DNA of 63,773 nt, counting the filler, from Reticulomyxa filosa (lineage: Eukaryota; Protista; Foraminifera), in assembly GCA_000512085.1 (NCBI GenBank). It is 17 parts of 17 records of this genome, joined end to end, with 100 filler letters (N's around TTAATTAATTAA, not from the genome) between each part and the next. Parts side by side here need not be neighbours in the genome. Positions count along the whole stretch, not along the records: positions 1 to 4,739 come from ASPP01007028.1; positions 4,840 to 12,803 come from ASPP01007453.1; 15 more parts are not named here. One strand, written 5' to 3'. The position numbers and the translations under genes were made by a program. Positions 1 through 11,514 of this stretch are shown here, piece by piece. A model generated the notes under the pieces. The model did no database searches. It saw only the letters and a list, made by a program, of their open reading frames with translations, and was not told the origin of the DNA. Each line of letters begins with the position of its first letter. The stretch's first letter is position 1.

Positions 1-1
1 T

Positions 2-838
2 GATGATGATGATGATGATGATGATGATGTAGCTGAGCTTCAAAAAGAACATGCGGATGCTATTGGAGATTTAGATAACACTATTAATACTTTAGATAAT
101 GCATCTGATGATTTAGATACTAGTGCAGACTCAGCTGATATTATCGAAGATTCAGCTGTTGCTGCGGATTATGATGCTATTGGCAATTCCTATTGTGATG
201 ATCAACTATATGATGAAGCAACTGAATACTATAAAAAAGCCTTGAAAATCAGACAGAATCTTTTTGGAATGGCTCATAGCGACGTTGCCAATTCTTATTT
301 TAATTTGGGGATATCTTATGACAATAATGAAAATTATGAGGAAGCAATTGAATGTGATGAAAAGGCACTAAAAATTAGATTGAAACTTTTTGGAATAGCA
401 CATAGCGATGTTGCCAGTTCCTATTTCAATTTGGGAATATCTTATGATAATAATGAAAATTACAATAAGGCAATTGAATGCCACGAAAAAGCACTACAAA
501 TTAGATTGAAACTTTTTGGAGCCACTAACGATGACGTAGCCCGATCATATGATAATTTGGGATTGGCTTATCAAAATAAAGAGCTTTACCCCCAAGCCAT
601 TAAATGCCATGAAATGGCATTGAAGATAAGGAAGGAAATATTCAAAGATGCAAATGAGGATATTGGCAGATCTTGTTCGTATTTAGGTGATATATTTCAG
701 AAAATTGGGGAAACGAGTACAGCATGCAAATATTTTCAAGACACATGGAAGATATACAGTATCGTGTGGGGAGAATGGGATGAAGATGTAGGATATGCAA
801 AGGCAAAAGTGAGAGAATTGAGTGGAAGTACTGTATGA
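2..838 (+). CDS. TPR-repeat protein (42-aa TPR_12/kinesin-light-chain-like repeats), 5'-truncated, acidic leader
   Basis: The frame is open from nt 2 (poly-Asp) to TGA 838. Repeats read 'DVA.SY.NLG..Y...E.Y..AI.C.EKAL.IR.KLFG'. The 126-nt DNA units at 245-370 and 371-496 are closely similar. Confidence 0.9.
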   Translation, partial: DDDDDDDDDVAELQKEHADAIGDLDNTINTLDNASDDLDTSADSADIIEDSAVAADYDAIGNSYCDDQLYDEATEYYKKALKIRQNLFGMAHSDVANSYFNLGISYDNNENYEEAIECDEKALKIRLKLFGIAHSDVASSYFNLGISYDNNENYNKAIECHEKALQIRLKLFGATNDDVARSYDNLGLAYQNKELYPQAIKCHEMALKIRKEIFKDANEDIGRSCSYLGDIFQKIGETSTACKYFQDTWKIYSIVWGEWDEDVGYAKAKVRELSGSTV

Positions 839-1935
839 GCACTGATTTTTTTTTTTTTTTTTTTTTTTAATCGTTAATGTTAAATTGAAATACTTTATTT
901 TTTATTCACATACTTGATTAATCCATCGGTTAATGAGTTTTTTAATCTGTATTTTCTGCCCAACAAGAGACCACTATTGACATTTTTTGTTCGGTATCCA
1001 AAATAATTTAATGTACTATCTCTAAATTTGTATTGCAAACCAGTGTTTCAAAATAAAAATAAATATTGTTAGAGTCTTTTTGCAGATTTTTTTAAAGATA
1101 AAATTACTTTACAAAAAAATTAAATGTATTGAATTGAGTTACAAAAACATTGAATGGTGCAAGTAATCTCAAATTAGTACAAATCTTCAAGCGTTCATTT
1201 TTTTCTAATTTTACTTTGCTTTAATCTTTTTAAGATGTTTGAGATTTTGCTTGTTATGTTTGTTTTTTGTTGAAATGTTTACTTTATCGTGATAACCGCT
1301 CTATGCACTTTATTCTTATTGTAAACATTCCAGCTTACGACGATTTTTTACAATCAGATCTTGATGTTTTTACTTATAATGTCTTGTGTATATACTCTTT
1401 ATTATTTTTGTGCTTTAAAGTTTGATAGGCTATGTTGAGGCTAACTTTAAAAGATCTAATTTTTTATTACTATTCTCAATTATAAAATCAATTTATTCAC
1501 TTTTTTATTAAAGTTTTACAGTTCAACATAGACTGCCCCAAAAACTCAAAAATCATGTTTTAAGAAAAACTGCATTGTTTCATTTTGAATATTTTTTTAA
1601 TTAAAATTATTAACATAAAAACGAGTAAAAAATAAAAAAACACTGTGTTTAAGCATAGCACGCAAAAATTGTGATGATACAGTAAACTCAAATTCTAATT
1701 GTAATTTGCAGAATTGCACTAAATTGTTCCTTCATTCGTTTCCGCAGTATATAATCGTCTTTTATTAATTTTGGAGGCCTACTAAAAATAGATTTGTAAT
1801 GTATTGTTTACCTAGTGAAAAACGTGTTGGTTTGCCCCCAGCGTTCGTTCGTTCAAAAAAAAGTTTACTTTCCAACAACTCGTTCTTTTTTTGTTCGTTT
1901 ATTTGTCTTTATTTGATTATCAGCTAAAAAAAAAA

Positions 1936-2673
1936 ATGAAGCAACAAGTACCAAATCAGCCGCAAGACCAACAGCAGTTGGGCCAGCAACCGAAGGGCCA
2001 GCATCTGAAGGGCCAGCAATTAGGTCAATCGGGTCAACGTTCAGAAGTGGAGAATTTAGGTCAGCAATCAGGTCAGAAGCAATCGGGTCAACAATTTAGT
2101 AAGCAGTCTGGTCAGCAGTTTAGTAGTGAGCAACCTAGTGGTCTGCAGCACCAGAAGTTTGGTCAGCGCCCAGATCAGGGTCCACAAGACCAGCAATGTA
2201 GTGGCCAGAAGCAGCAGGAGTTGTCGGGTCAAGTTCAGTCAAAGACCCAGTCGCAGCAATTGAAAAGCGGCGGCAAAAAAGACAATACGTACACACCTGA
2301 GAATTTCTTGTACGCCTTGCACCAGGTGGCTAGAGTGTGCAAGGAGAAAAGCGAGAGCAGTAGTAGTGGTAGTACTGAAAAGGGTAAAGGGCCTTTCAAC
2401 ATTCAGTACGAATACTGGAAGGAATCGAGCATCCCTGGAGATTTTTCGACGCAAGCGAATAGTATGGAGAGATCGAAAGAATGTATCCAAGCTTGGATGA
2501 GTCGTCATGGAGGTTCAGAGTGGTCTGATTCAATGTCCTTGAGCGATTGCGAAAAGTGTGCTCGAAGGTTCTTTGGAGGTCCCAAAGGAGATACCATGCA
2601 GAACACCGACGAACAATGGAAAAAATTCAGGGACAATCTTGATCCTGCCAAAACATGTCAAGATAACTGTTAG
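1936..2673 (+). CDS. Gln/Gly/Ser-rich protein with C-terminal i-type lysozyme/destabilase-like domain (probably catalytically degenerate)
   Basis: Intronless ORF, ATG 1936 to TAG 2673. The C-terminal motifs GPFNIQYEYWKES, CIQAWMSRHG and DCEKCARRFFGGPKG resemble destabilase GPFQI...YW.D, V..YM.RY and DC...ARIHNGGP.G. Confidence 0.65.
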   Translation: MKQQVPNQPQDQQQLGQQPKGQHLKGQQLGQSGQRSEVENLGQQSGQKQSGQQFSKQSGQQFSSEQPSGLQHQKFGQRPDQGPQDQQCSGQKQQELSGQVQSKTQSQQLKSGGKKDNTYTPENFLYALHQVARVCKEKSESSSSGSTEKGKGPFNIQYEYWKESSIPGDFSTQANSMERSKECIQAWMSRHGGSEWSDSMSLSDCEKCARRFFGGPKGDTMQNTDEQWKKFRDNLDPAKTCQDNC

Positions 2674-4455
2674 ATTTTTTTAACACTGGCCGTGGCTGTC
2701 ACGTGTGTTGTGTTTGTGTTTTGGTGATTTTTTGTTTTGATTTTTTTGTCGTAGGTCAATCTCACGTGTACGTGTTGTTGTTTGTTTTGCCTTGTTTGGT
2801 TTTTTTTTTTTAAAATTAAAAAAAAATCAAACAAACAGTGTTTTTGAAAGAACTGTACCTATTACATACAATTCTTTAGAAATTTTAAAAAATTTTTAAA
2901 GTAGAAATATCGACTAACTTCTTTGCTTTCGATGCGTTTTTTTTTGGCTCCAGAAAAATCGACGGACTCAGAAACACCCGACCGACAATTTTTTTTTTGT
3001 ACATATCTTGGAAAACATTGTCGAAAATGACAAAAATACTTTTGCTTTGGATCAAAAAATGAGAAAATTAACTGATTGGTAAGGAAATACTAAATCCCTT
3101 CCTCTCTTTCTCTTTCCTTGCAAAGGATTGCAAGAAAAAGATCGCGAAAAAAGTATTATTTGTACATATCAATTGTTTTTCCCTTTTGCATTTATTTGAC
3201 ATTTTTTATTGTAAGTAGCAATGTGTCACATAAAAAATTTCTTTTGTTTATTTGCTGTAAGCATTATTGATAAATTGCAAACGCAAACAGTTTTTTAAAA
3301 TTTGTTGTAAAACTTAGATGTTTTTTTATGCGTACGACATGATGTTTTTTGTGTACAAAACGGTTCAAAATAATACTATTGAGAGACAGCGCACAAAACC
3401 ATAAGCAAGTGAAAGAAATACGAATAAAAGCTATTTAAAAAGTAATGGCTTCTTTATAAGTTTTTCAAAGGAAATATCAAGTGACCATTGATAACGCACA
3501 GAATCTTGTCTAAAAATGTTGAAGGAGTTGAAGCAACTGAGTGGACACACGAAGAGGGTTTTCAACAAGAAAAAAAAAAATGTTGCAAAAGCAAATCGAC
3601 AATAGGAACATCGTTTAAATACACGAAATAAAACAACCACAAAACCGACAGTGATTCGTTTGAAAGTCCCTATTTCAAACTTTTCAAGTCTTGCTAACAA
3701 TAAAGTGACATTTGTGTTCGTATTTTTTTTGACTTGCACCAGCACATTATCCATTTGCTAATGTCGTTTTGATTTCAAATTTGTCTTTGAGTGACACTTG
3801 TGTTGTGTTTCGTTTAGACCTGATAAATTAATACAAGTTGGTTGAATTTGCAGGACATATCACTCAGATTTTTCTTTTTTGGTTGTACCTTAACCTCTGA
3901 TCGTACATTCTTCCCCTTCCACTCAATTTTCACTTTCTCTATTCAAAGGCATTAAAAAAAAAAAGTAACCTCCAACATACCAATGAGACAAACAAACATC
4001 TTTCTTCGCATTATCTGCGTTTATTGTCCAGAGCTTGGCAATGCTCAATTTTCTGTCTACATCAATATCTTTGTTTCCTTTCACGTGAATGTACATACTC
4101 CCAAATGTCACATAGCATTTTCTTTTTTTTTTTTTTGCAAAAAAAAAAAACACATTTCTTATGTGCACAGCAAAAGTGAATGGATGCCCCCATTGGAATG
4201 AAACATGAAGAAGAGCCGTACAATAGTATTGTTTTTTTTTTTAAGTTAAAAAAAAAAAAAAGAATGAAACAGCCCATTCATAAAGATGAGTTTTCGAGTA
4301 TAGATTGAATGTCCAATTAAAAAAGCGATAGCAATCGCAAACAAATATACCATCACAAAAAAACACAAGGAAAAACAATTTATAACAGTAGCAATTATAA
4401 TCTAATATATAATAAAAAAGAAAAAAAAAAACAACAGCAACAACAACAACTGTGC

Positions 4456-4716
4456 TCAATCACTGGTTTTGCACAAGCACAAGAAGTCAAAGACAGGCTG
4501 TGCAAAACCAAAAGACAGCAACATTGTGGTGGAGTTGATGCAAAGGTCAATAGCTACAATTGACCATGTAAATTCATTTAACGTGGGTATGCCAGCACAC
4601 ACATACACTACAAAAGTGGACAGCTCAGAGAAGATGAATAATCGAAGTAACTTTTGCAAATAGTTTCTCAAGCTTTTTTGACATGACTGGTCGGACATTT
4701 CTTCGTGGGTTACCAC
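4456..4716 (-). CDS. C-terminal exon of a multi-pass membrane protein (last two TM helices, GPCR-like)
   Basis: Two hydrophobic segments ending 'IVAIDLCINSTTMLLSFGF...FLCLC*'; 5' part cut by the spacer. Confidence 0.35.
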   Translation of the reverse strand: MVTHEEMSDQSCQKSLRNYLQKLLRLFIFSELSTFVVYVCAGIPTLNEFTWSIVAIDLCINSTTMLLSFGFAQPVFDFLCLCKTSD

Positions 4717-4739
4717 CTTTTTTTTGTTTTTAATTTTTT

Positions 4740-4839
4740 NNNNNNNNNNNNNNNNNNNNNNNNNNNNNNNNNNNNNNNNNNNNTTAATTAATTAANNNNN
4801 NNNNNNNNNNNNNNNNNNNNNNNNNNNNNNNNNNNNNNN
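4740..4839. other. Artificial contig-joining spacer (N44-TTAATTAATTAA-N44); first of 16 copies
   Basis: Identical 100-nt layout at 4740, 12804, 14821, 16090, 18126, 23268, 24762, 26028, 27181, 31807, 38049, 40492, 43937, 48203, 50488 and 61469. The 12-mer is palindromic and gives TAA in all six frames. Confidence 0.98.
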
Positions 4840-7800
4840 TCATTTTGGATTTTTTGCTTTTTGCTTTTTTCCATTTTATATCCTTCTTTTTCTTGTCTTT
4901 GTCTTTTTCATTTTCATTTTCCTTTGGTTTGCTTTGCTCACTTTCTTTGTTAGCCTCTTTCGATTTTTGTGGTTCCACTTCTTTGGCACTGGTTTCATTT
5001 GTGACGCTCTTTTATATTGTATATACACACATATATAAATATGCGCGTACATAATATGATTGAAATTTGTATATTGTTGCATTATGTGCTTGCAATTATG
5101 ATTATGATAGGTTGTGTGCACATAAAACAAAGAAATGACCTGTGACGCTTCTTTTTCTTCTTTGGGCTTTGTTGCAGCAGTCTCTGAGACAATGGTAGGC
5201 AGTGTTGGTTGAGCAGCCGCAGTCTCATTATCTGACGCGGATGACTCTTTGGATATTTCAGTGCCACTGACCGATCCCGAAGATTCTGTCGAGGATGACG
5301 CTTCTGATTCATTTCCATCGGCATTGTCGTTGGCCTTTCCGTCTTGTTGCGACTCGTGTTTGGGGGCATTTGCGCTGGTCTCATCTGATGTCTGATGTGG
5401 CTCGACAGTTTTATAAAAGTACGTGCCGGGTCCGTGGTTTAAAAAGGATTGGATGGCAATGTCATTGGCAATAGTGATACCCCAAATGAGATTGTTAACG
5501 GGATCACTGCACACTCTTGTCAGTCGAATGTTGTTATGAAATTTGACATCTTTGGTGTCTCCCAAAAACAGACCGTCCATGTCGTACACTCGCGCGACAT
5601 TTTTTTCGGTATTGTTCCATGGCTGCACATGTGGGGGTATGAGCACAACGAACTGATATCCAGTGGAGTAAAACAACGCATTAGAAAACATGGCATCGTT
5701 GCTTTCCGTCCCGCTCGTTGGGGTTGATTGACATACCACGTAACGTGCCAGCGGTGCAACTTTACGATCGATCGTGGCTTCGTCTCGATTGGTGGATAAC
5801 CAATTGATGGAATTACTTTCATTGTCGTTGTGGATGGATAAGGCTTTATAGCAAATGTAAGGGTCATACACATAGTTCAATTTTTTGGACAGCCCATACG
5901 CTTGTGCGGTTCGAAGTTGCACTTTTTTCACATTCTCAGGTGATACTTTGGGACAAGGCTCTCCCAATGGAAAATCTGGAACAGTGATGGAATCCGCTCG
6001 AGACACGTCATAGGCATAAATTACAAAGCGTTTTGGCGGTGACCCAAACTTGTTTCGAATTATGTTCTCTTCAAACTCGCTCAAAGCATAGTGCTTTTTT
6101 TGGTGTCGACTTTCACGCTTTGTCAATTCTTGGTTCATTATTTCGGCCAATGATTGCTTTTGTTGAACCACTTTCGTCAAGCACTTTCTAAATATATGTT
6201 GCTCTCTCTCCAATCGATCTGTCCCCGTCTGACGCGTTAACAGTTTTTCCTTTTCTTTATCTTTTTCTTTTTCTTTATCTTTTTCTTTTTCTTTTTCCTT
6301 ATCTTTGTCTTTGTCTTTCTTATGAGACTGTGGTTCGGATGTCTCTGTAATGTTGCATATTTTGTAATTGTGTGCATCGATGAATTATGTGGCAATTCAT
6401 TCCAAAAAAAAAAAAAATGAGACAAGGTAAATAAACTTTTAGCCTTTTCTTCTCTTCCAACATTGTTTTCCATTTGAATTGGATCAAATGAAACCGGTGT
6501 TTGAGTTTGCGGCTCGGTTTGCGTTTCCTTGGAATTTTCTTGTGCTTCATTTGTCGAAGTGCGGTCTTGAATGTGTGTGTTTGATTTCGATCGTTTCGAG
6601 CTTTGCTTTTTTTTGGAGAGCATGTCTTTACGCATATCTCGACTTTGTTCGTAATGTCCATTCCAATCTTGCTCATATGACATCACGTACAAGTACAATC
6701 CGTCTGTCATTATCGGCAAGTCTTTGCTGCGCCAACGGCTCGGAACACTCGTGTCAAAGTTCACACCCAAATGTACGTCGTACAATTTCTGTTACAAATG
6801 TTTTTTAAAAAAAAAAAAAAAGAAATAAATGAAACATAATTAAATTAAAGCAATAAAATTGAAAATATGAGTCATTACAACAAACTTGAAAAGTGTTTGA
6901 ATTGAGAGCTTCGACAACTCCAGGAGACATGTTTGGTGAGCGTGAATAAAGCTTTCCATTGATCCACACAATCTGCACTTGCTCATTGTTGCGATAGCTT
7001 GCCGCGTAAATGACTTTCCATTGTCGTGGATTATTATGGCCGGTGTCAATCTTGAGTAACCCACGCGAGCAGTGCACGTACAAGTATCGGCCATCGGTGG
7101 TAAAACCGCGACCCGAAGAGATCCTTTGATGACGACCGGCATTATAACCACGAGCCCCTCCAAACATCCCTGTGCCCGAAGAGGGTTCCACTGTCGCAGC
7201 TAGATGTCCAGCATCACGAATCACCGCATAGGCTTTAAAAAAAAAAAAAATATTTATACATATATGTATATGTTTGCAACAAAGTGTAATTTAAAACAAT
7301 ATTTTAGCTTTAAAATGTATATATATGTATCTATGTTTTTAATAAATGCCAACATATCACAATATTATATAGAATACATATACGTAGTGTACATTTACCT
7401 TCCATTGACTCGCGACGAGGTACAGATACGTCGTATTCATGTGCCTCTCGTTTCATATCTCGAAGTAACAGACGTAAATTCTGTGGCATCCATCCTTCGT
7501 TTTTGCGAACGGAATTAAGTTCGCTGTTACTGTCGTATTTGTTATCAGCTTCTTCATTCACTTTGTGTTCATTGGAGATGATTTCATTGGAAGCTACTTT
7601 TTTATCTTTGCTTTTCTCACGTTTCATTTTTTTGACTTTGGAGTAGCTCTTCTTTGGATTGGGGTAAAAGTCCAACTTTTGTTCCGCCGTCACAAGCTCT
7701 TTGTCCAATTGCTTTTGATAATCATTCAACAGTTGGATAATCGCCAACACATACACCGGCGATCCCAATCGGATTGTAAATGCCAATAATGCACTTATCA

Positions 7801-9446
7801 TTTTCCCTTTCAACTGTTTCCCCCCGCCCAAATGCATGTATGCACATATACTTTTTTTTTTGGTAAGATATACATACACATATACATCTATGTGGCATGT
7901 GTGTACAATGTATGTATCCAAGGCGCATTAACACAATGGATATATCGTTCAAATGAAAGTAATGAATTATAAAAGCAGAAAGGGGATTATTTTTCATTGT
8001 GTTATTTCGAAACTTTTAAGTCGCCGTTGGTTTGTGTAATTTGCCCCATTGCTTTTTGAAAAAAGTCGTCTATCAGACTTCTGCGTTCAGTATACAAATC
8101 AAGATTTGGCATGGTCGTCATGTAGTTTATGAATCCATCCAATTTGTCAGGCCATTTTGAGGGATCATTTCCTGTTTTTCAATTTAAAAAAGAGAGGGGG
8201 GGGAAGAGGAAAAAAAAAGTTTTGTTTGCGTGCCCCTTTGTTGTTTTTACCTCCTTTTGGTACTTTTTTTTTTTCAAGTGCTCTAAAAAAAAAAAAAAAA
8301 ATGTTCATGCGGAAGGGGGAAAACAAAACAAAAAAAAAATTGAACATTGAAAAAAAAAAGACCTGGAATTTGTTCCCAAAATTTAATGGGTACTTTGACA
8401 CTGACGACGTCATTGGTCAAAGCGTTTGGACGAGCAAAGCGATTGGTAGAATAGGTCGAAGAGAAGTATGTGTGTGGTGAGCCAGCGATGGCACGGTTAC
8501 GAACGTGTTCAAAATGTTCAAATAATGATTTCATTACTGAATGGCGAATATTGAAGATTGTTGCGAAACTGGATTGTCGTAACGATAGACTATTCAGTTC
8601 ACTTCGCCAGCGATCTTTCGTGCGTTTCACTGCAACTGAGTTATTTGCCTACAACAAAAAAAAAGGGGGGGGAGGAAGGGGGTGGTAGGAGGAAAAACAA
8701 AACCCAAACAATTGATCTGACATTTTTTTTTTTTTTTTTTTTTTTTATATGTTTTCGTGATTATGTAATATTTACTCAAAAGTATCGTGCCTGCATGTTT
8801 GTACAAGTTTTTTTATTGCATAGAAAAAATAAAAATAAAAAAAAACTTCGAAATCAAAAAAATTGGAATGCGATTCCGCGTCCAAAGATATGGTTTTCAA
8901 TTGAATATCAAATTCATCCAACATGCTTTGTTCCAGTTCTTTGCTGGAATGCAAGTTATGAATGGAGGCATTTTCATTACCGCTTGCTTCATTGTTGCTT
9001 CGTCCTACTGCTTCATCTTGGTTACCTGATTCTGCCTCCTCGTCGACCGCTTCTGTCATAACAATTACATTTATATTTTATTTGGACCATTTATCCTCAC
9101 AAAAAAAAAAAAAAAATAGACATAAATCAAGTAACATAATACACACATATATATATTCAATTTTTTATAAACAGATATAAACACATAAAATAGCATTACC
9201 GCGCATTTCTTCAGCAAATTTCTTATCGGAAGATAATGCAAAGTCATTGCTTTGCGGACCTGTTGGGCCTAGATTTGTTGCATTTTTGGATTTTGTCAAG
9301 TGCTTTGGCAGCTCTTTCCACTCCATTTGATTGTGGTAAGTGCTTAATACGTACTCTTCTGATCCCAACGAATGCACCCAATTCCCATTTTCTATGTGCT
9401 CACTACGCCAGTTGAAATTTGCTATCATTGCAATTCTTGCTGTCAC
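4840..9446 (-). CDS. HECTD4/MYCBP2-like giant E3 ubiquitin ligase, N-terminal multi-exon portion (3'-truncated)
   Basis: Exonic ORFs carry collinear motifs LLAFTIRLGSP, TTDGRYLYVHCSRGLLKIDTG, IMTDGLYLYV, FYSTGYQFVVLIPP and VCSDPVNNLIWG...FLNHGPG. These resemble what I recall of the HECTD4 N-terminal region (SDGLYLY..., IYTCGTYLVMLVPP, CYDTVNNLIW...WCNPG). No catalytic domain is in the contig. Confidence 0.65.
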
Positions 9447-10276
9447 TTCACTTTACTACTTTTTTTTTTTGGCATATTTGTTTTTCCCCCTGCTCACTTG
9501 CAATATGCAATTTGCGTGTTTTACAAGGACACTCACAAAACACCTTTACTTACCTCAATTCAAAAAAAAGGATCCTAACGCAAAACGACAGTTTTGACAG
9601 TGTCTGCACCGTAATTGCGTCAAAATCTTTCCCGTAAATAATTTATTACCAATAAAATGAAATATTGAGTAAAAATTTGACAACAAACAAATTAGGTCAA
9701 CAAATGAAATGATATTCCGCGGTCAACGGTGGCCAGTTTTTTTTTAGGTTTTAGGAATATTCGACCTTTCCAAATTCAATATTGTTGGTTGTATGGGATT
9801 AAGTGCAGTTAGTTGTTGAGAACGAAAAAAGTAGAATTGTTTGTAAGCATATTAATTAATGTAGGCACGCTTTTGAAATATGCTTCAATAAATTGAACGC
9901 ACAAGACATACCTATGACTAATTGATTTCTTGAATTTTTTAAAGCATAATTTATTCAACTTCTTCTTGCAGTTCTTAAAGAGTGAATAATATGGAGAAAT
10001 AGAAGTGCAGATCATACAATAGTTTGCAAAAACGGAACATCTAAAACGCCACTTTATGAAGATGACCGATTTCTGTAACATTTAAACCTAATTTTTTTGT
10101 TGTTTGCTTGAATTTTTTGCCTATTTTCATGTGTTTGTGTTTTAACGTCTGTAAAATTGTTTTTATCACTTCCAAAGTTTTGGTCTTTTTGGGCAAAAGA
10201 AGAATTTTTTTAAAGATTCAGCATCGCACTGTTGTGTACCCAAGAGTATTACTAAACTGCAAATAATTTATATTCA

Positions 10277-10971
10277 ATGGCATTCTTAAAAGAATTGGCG
10301 TCAAAATCAGCCAAATTACAGGAAAACGAAGTGACACATTCTGCAGTAGCAACAGAAGAATCAAAAGAGCAACAGAAGGAAAAATATCAAAGCCCAGTGA
10401 AAAAATGTCCACGCTGTGAAACCGATATTTTAGAGTTTGAATTTGAATCGCATTTGACAAATCACGCGTCAGAGATATTACCATGGCTTTATCTTGTTTT
10501 GTTTTGTTTTTTTTTGTTTTTTTTTCGAGTAGAGACGAAAAATATATTTAAAAAAAGGGAGCACAAAGAAATGCGTGTAATTTGAAAGAATTAAAAGAAC
10601 GAATACAAATCACGCACATATTGAATTGTGCTATTGAAGTGGAGTGTTATTTTCCAAATGATTTTGTGTATAAGAAATTGGATTTAGACGATGTCAAGAC
10701 CGAAAATATAACCGACTTGGTTGATGATGCACTTCAATTTATTGTAAAGTGCAAGGACTCTGAAAAAAAAGGCAAAATATTAGTTCACTGCGCGCAAGGG
10801 ATATCCCGAAGCTCCTCGATTGTCATTGCCTATTTAATTAAACATGAAAAACTAACCTATGAAAAAGCTCTCAGTCATGTCAAAAGTATTCGAAGAATTG
10901 CTCAGCCCAACTCTGGATTTGAAGAGCAGTTAAGAAAACTTGAAAAGACGTGGATTTCACCCACAATTTAA
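10277..10971 (+). CDS. Dual-specificity protein phosphatase with N-terminal C-x2-C-x11-H-x3-H zinc finger; intron 10496-10557
   Basis: Splicing the GT-AG intron gives EILPWLYLGAQRNACNLKEL..ITHILN. Catalytic loop VHCAQGISRS, AYLI and R..AQPNSGF.EQL are present. Confidence 0.93.
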
Positions 10972-11514
10972 AATGTCAAAACAATTGCATCGGTCTAAAA
11001 ATCTGAAATTTGGTCACAAAATTATGACGATTTTTTTTTCAAAAAAACCTCACTAAAATAAAATTGTAAATGCTCTTGGTGAATTTAATTTTAAAAAGTC
11101 TTTATTGTAACTTGCAAAAAGAGTTGTTGGAAAAATAAACTTTGTGCATAGACAACATTGCTATAGTTGATGACCGCACTTGACTAAGTTTTCAAATGTT
11201 TTTTGTTTTGGATGCATTTACTTTGAAGAAATAAAACTCAACTTTGGAACGCTTCAAATCGAAAACAAAGTCAAAAGTGCAATAGATTGTTTGCTTTTTT
11301 TTTTTTTCTCTCTGCAAATGTTGTATGTATTTTTCCTTTTGCAAATACTTGGCCCGTTTTGGAATAAGAAGATTAAGTTAGACAGATTAGTTAGATAGAT
11401 TAGAAGGAAAAGAAAATCAGAAATGAATGAAAATACGATGGCAATTTTCTTTGTTTTGCAGTATTTGTTCCGATAGTTTGCTCATATTTCAGACAATTAA
11501 TAATGAGACGTGAG

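Noticed and set aside
2699-2790. Two TCACGTG + GT-rich units downstream of the Gln-rich gene as E-box regulatory sites
   Set aside because: Only two short copies in a 3' flank; equally explained by a small local duplication.
4784-4795. Recurrent palindrome TTAATTAATTAA as a biological repeat, CRISPR-like array or telomere-addition site
   Set aside because: Always centred in exactly 44+44 Ns; it is a six-frame-stop concatenation linker.
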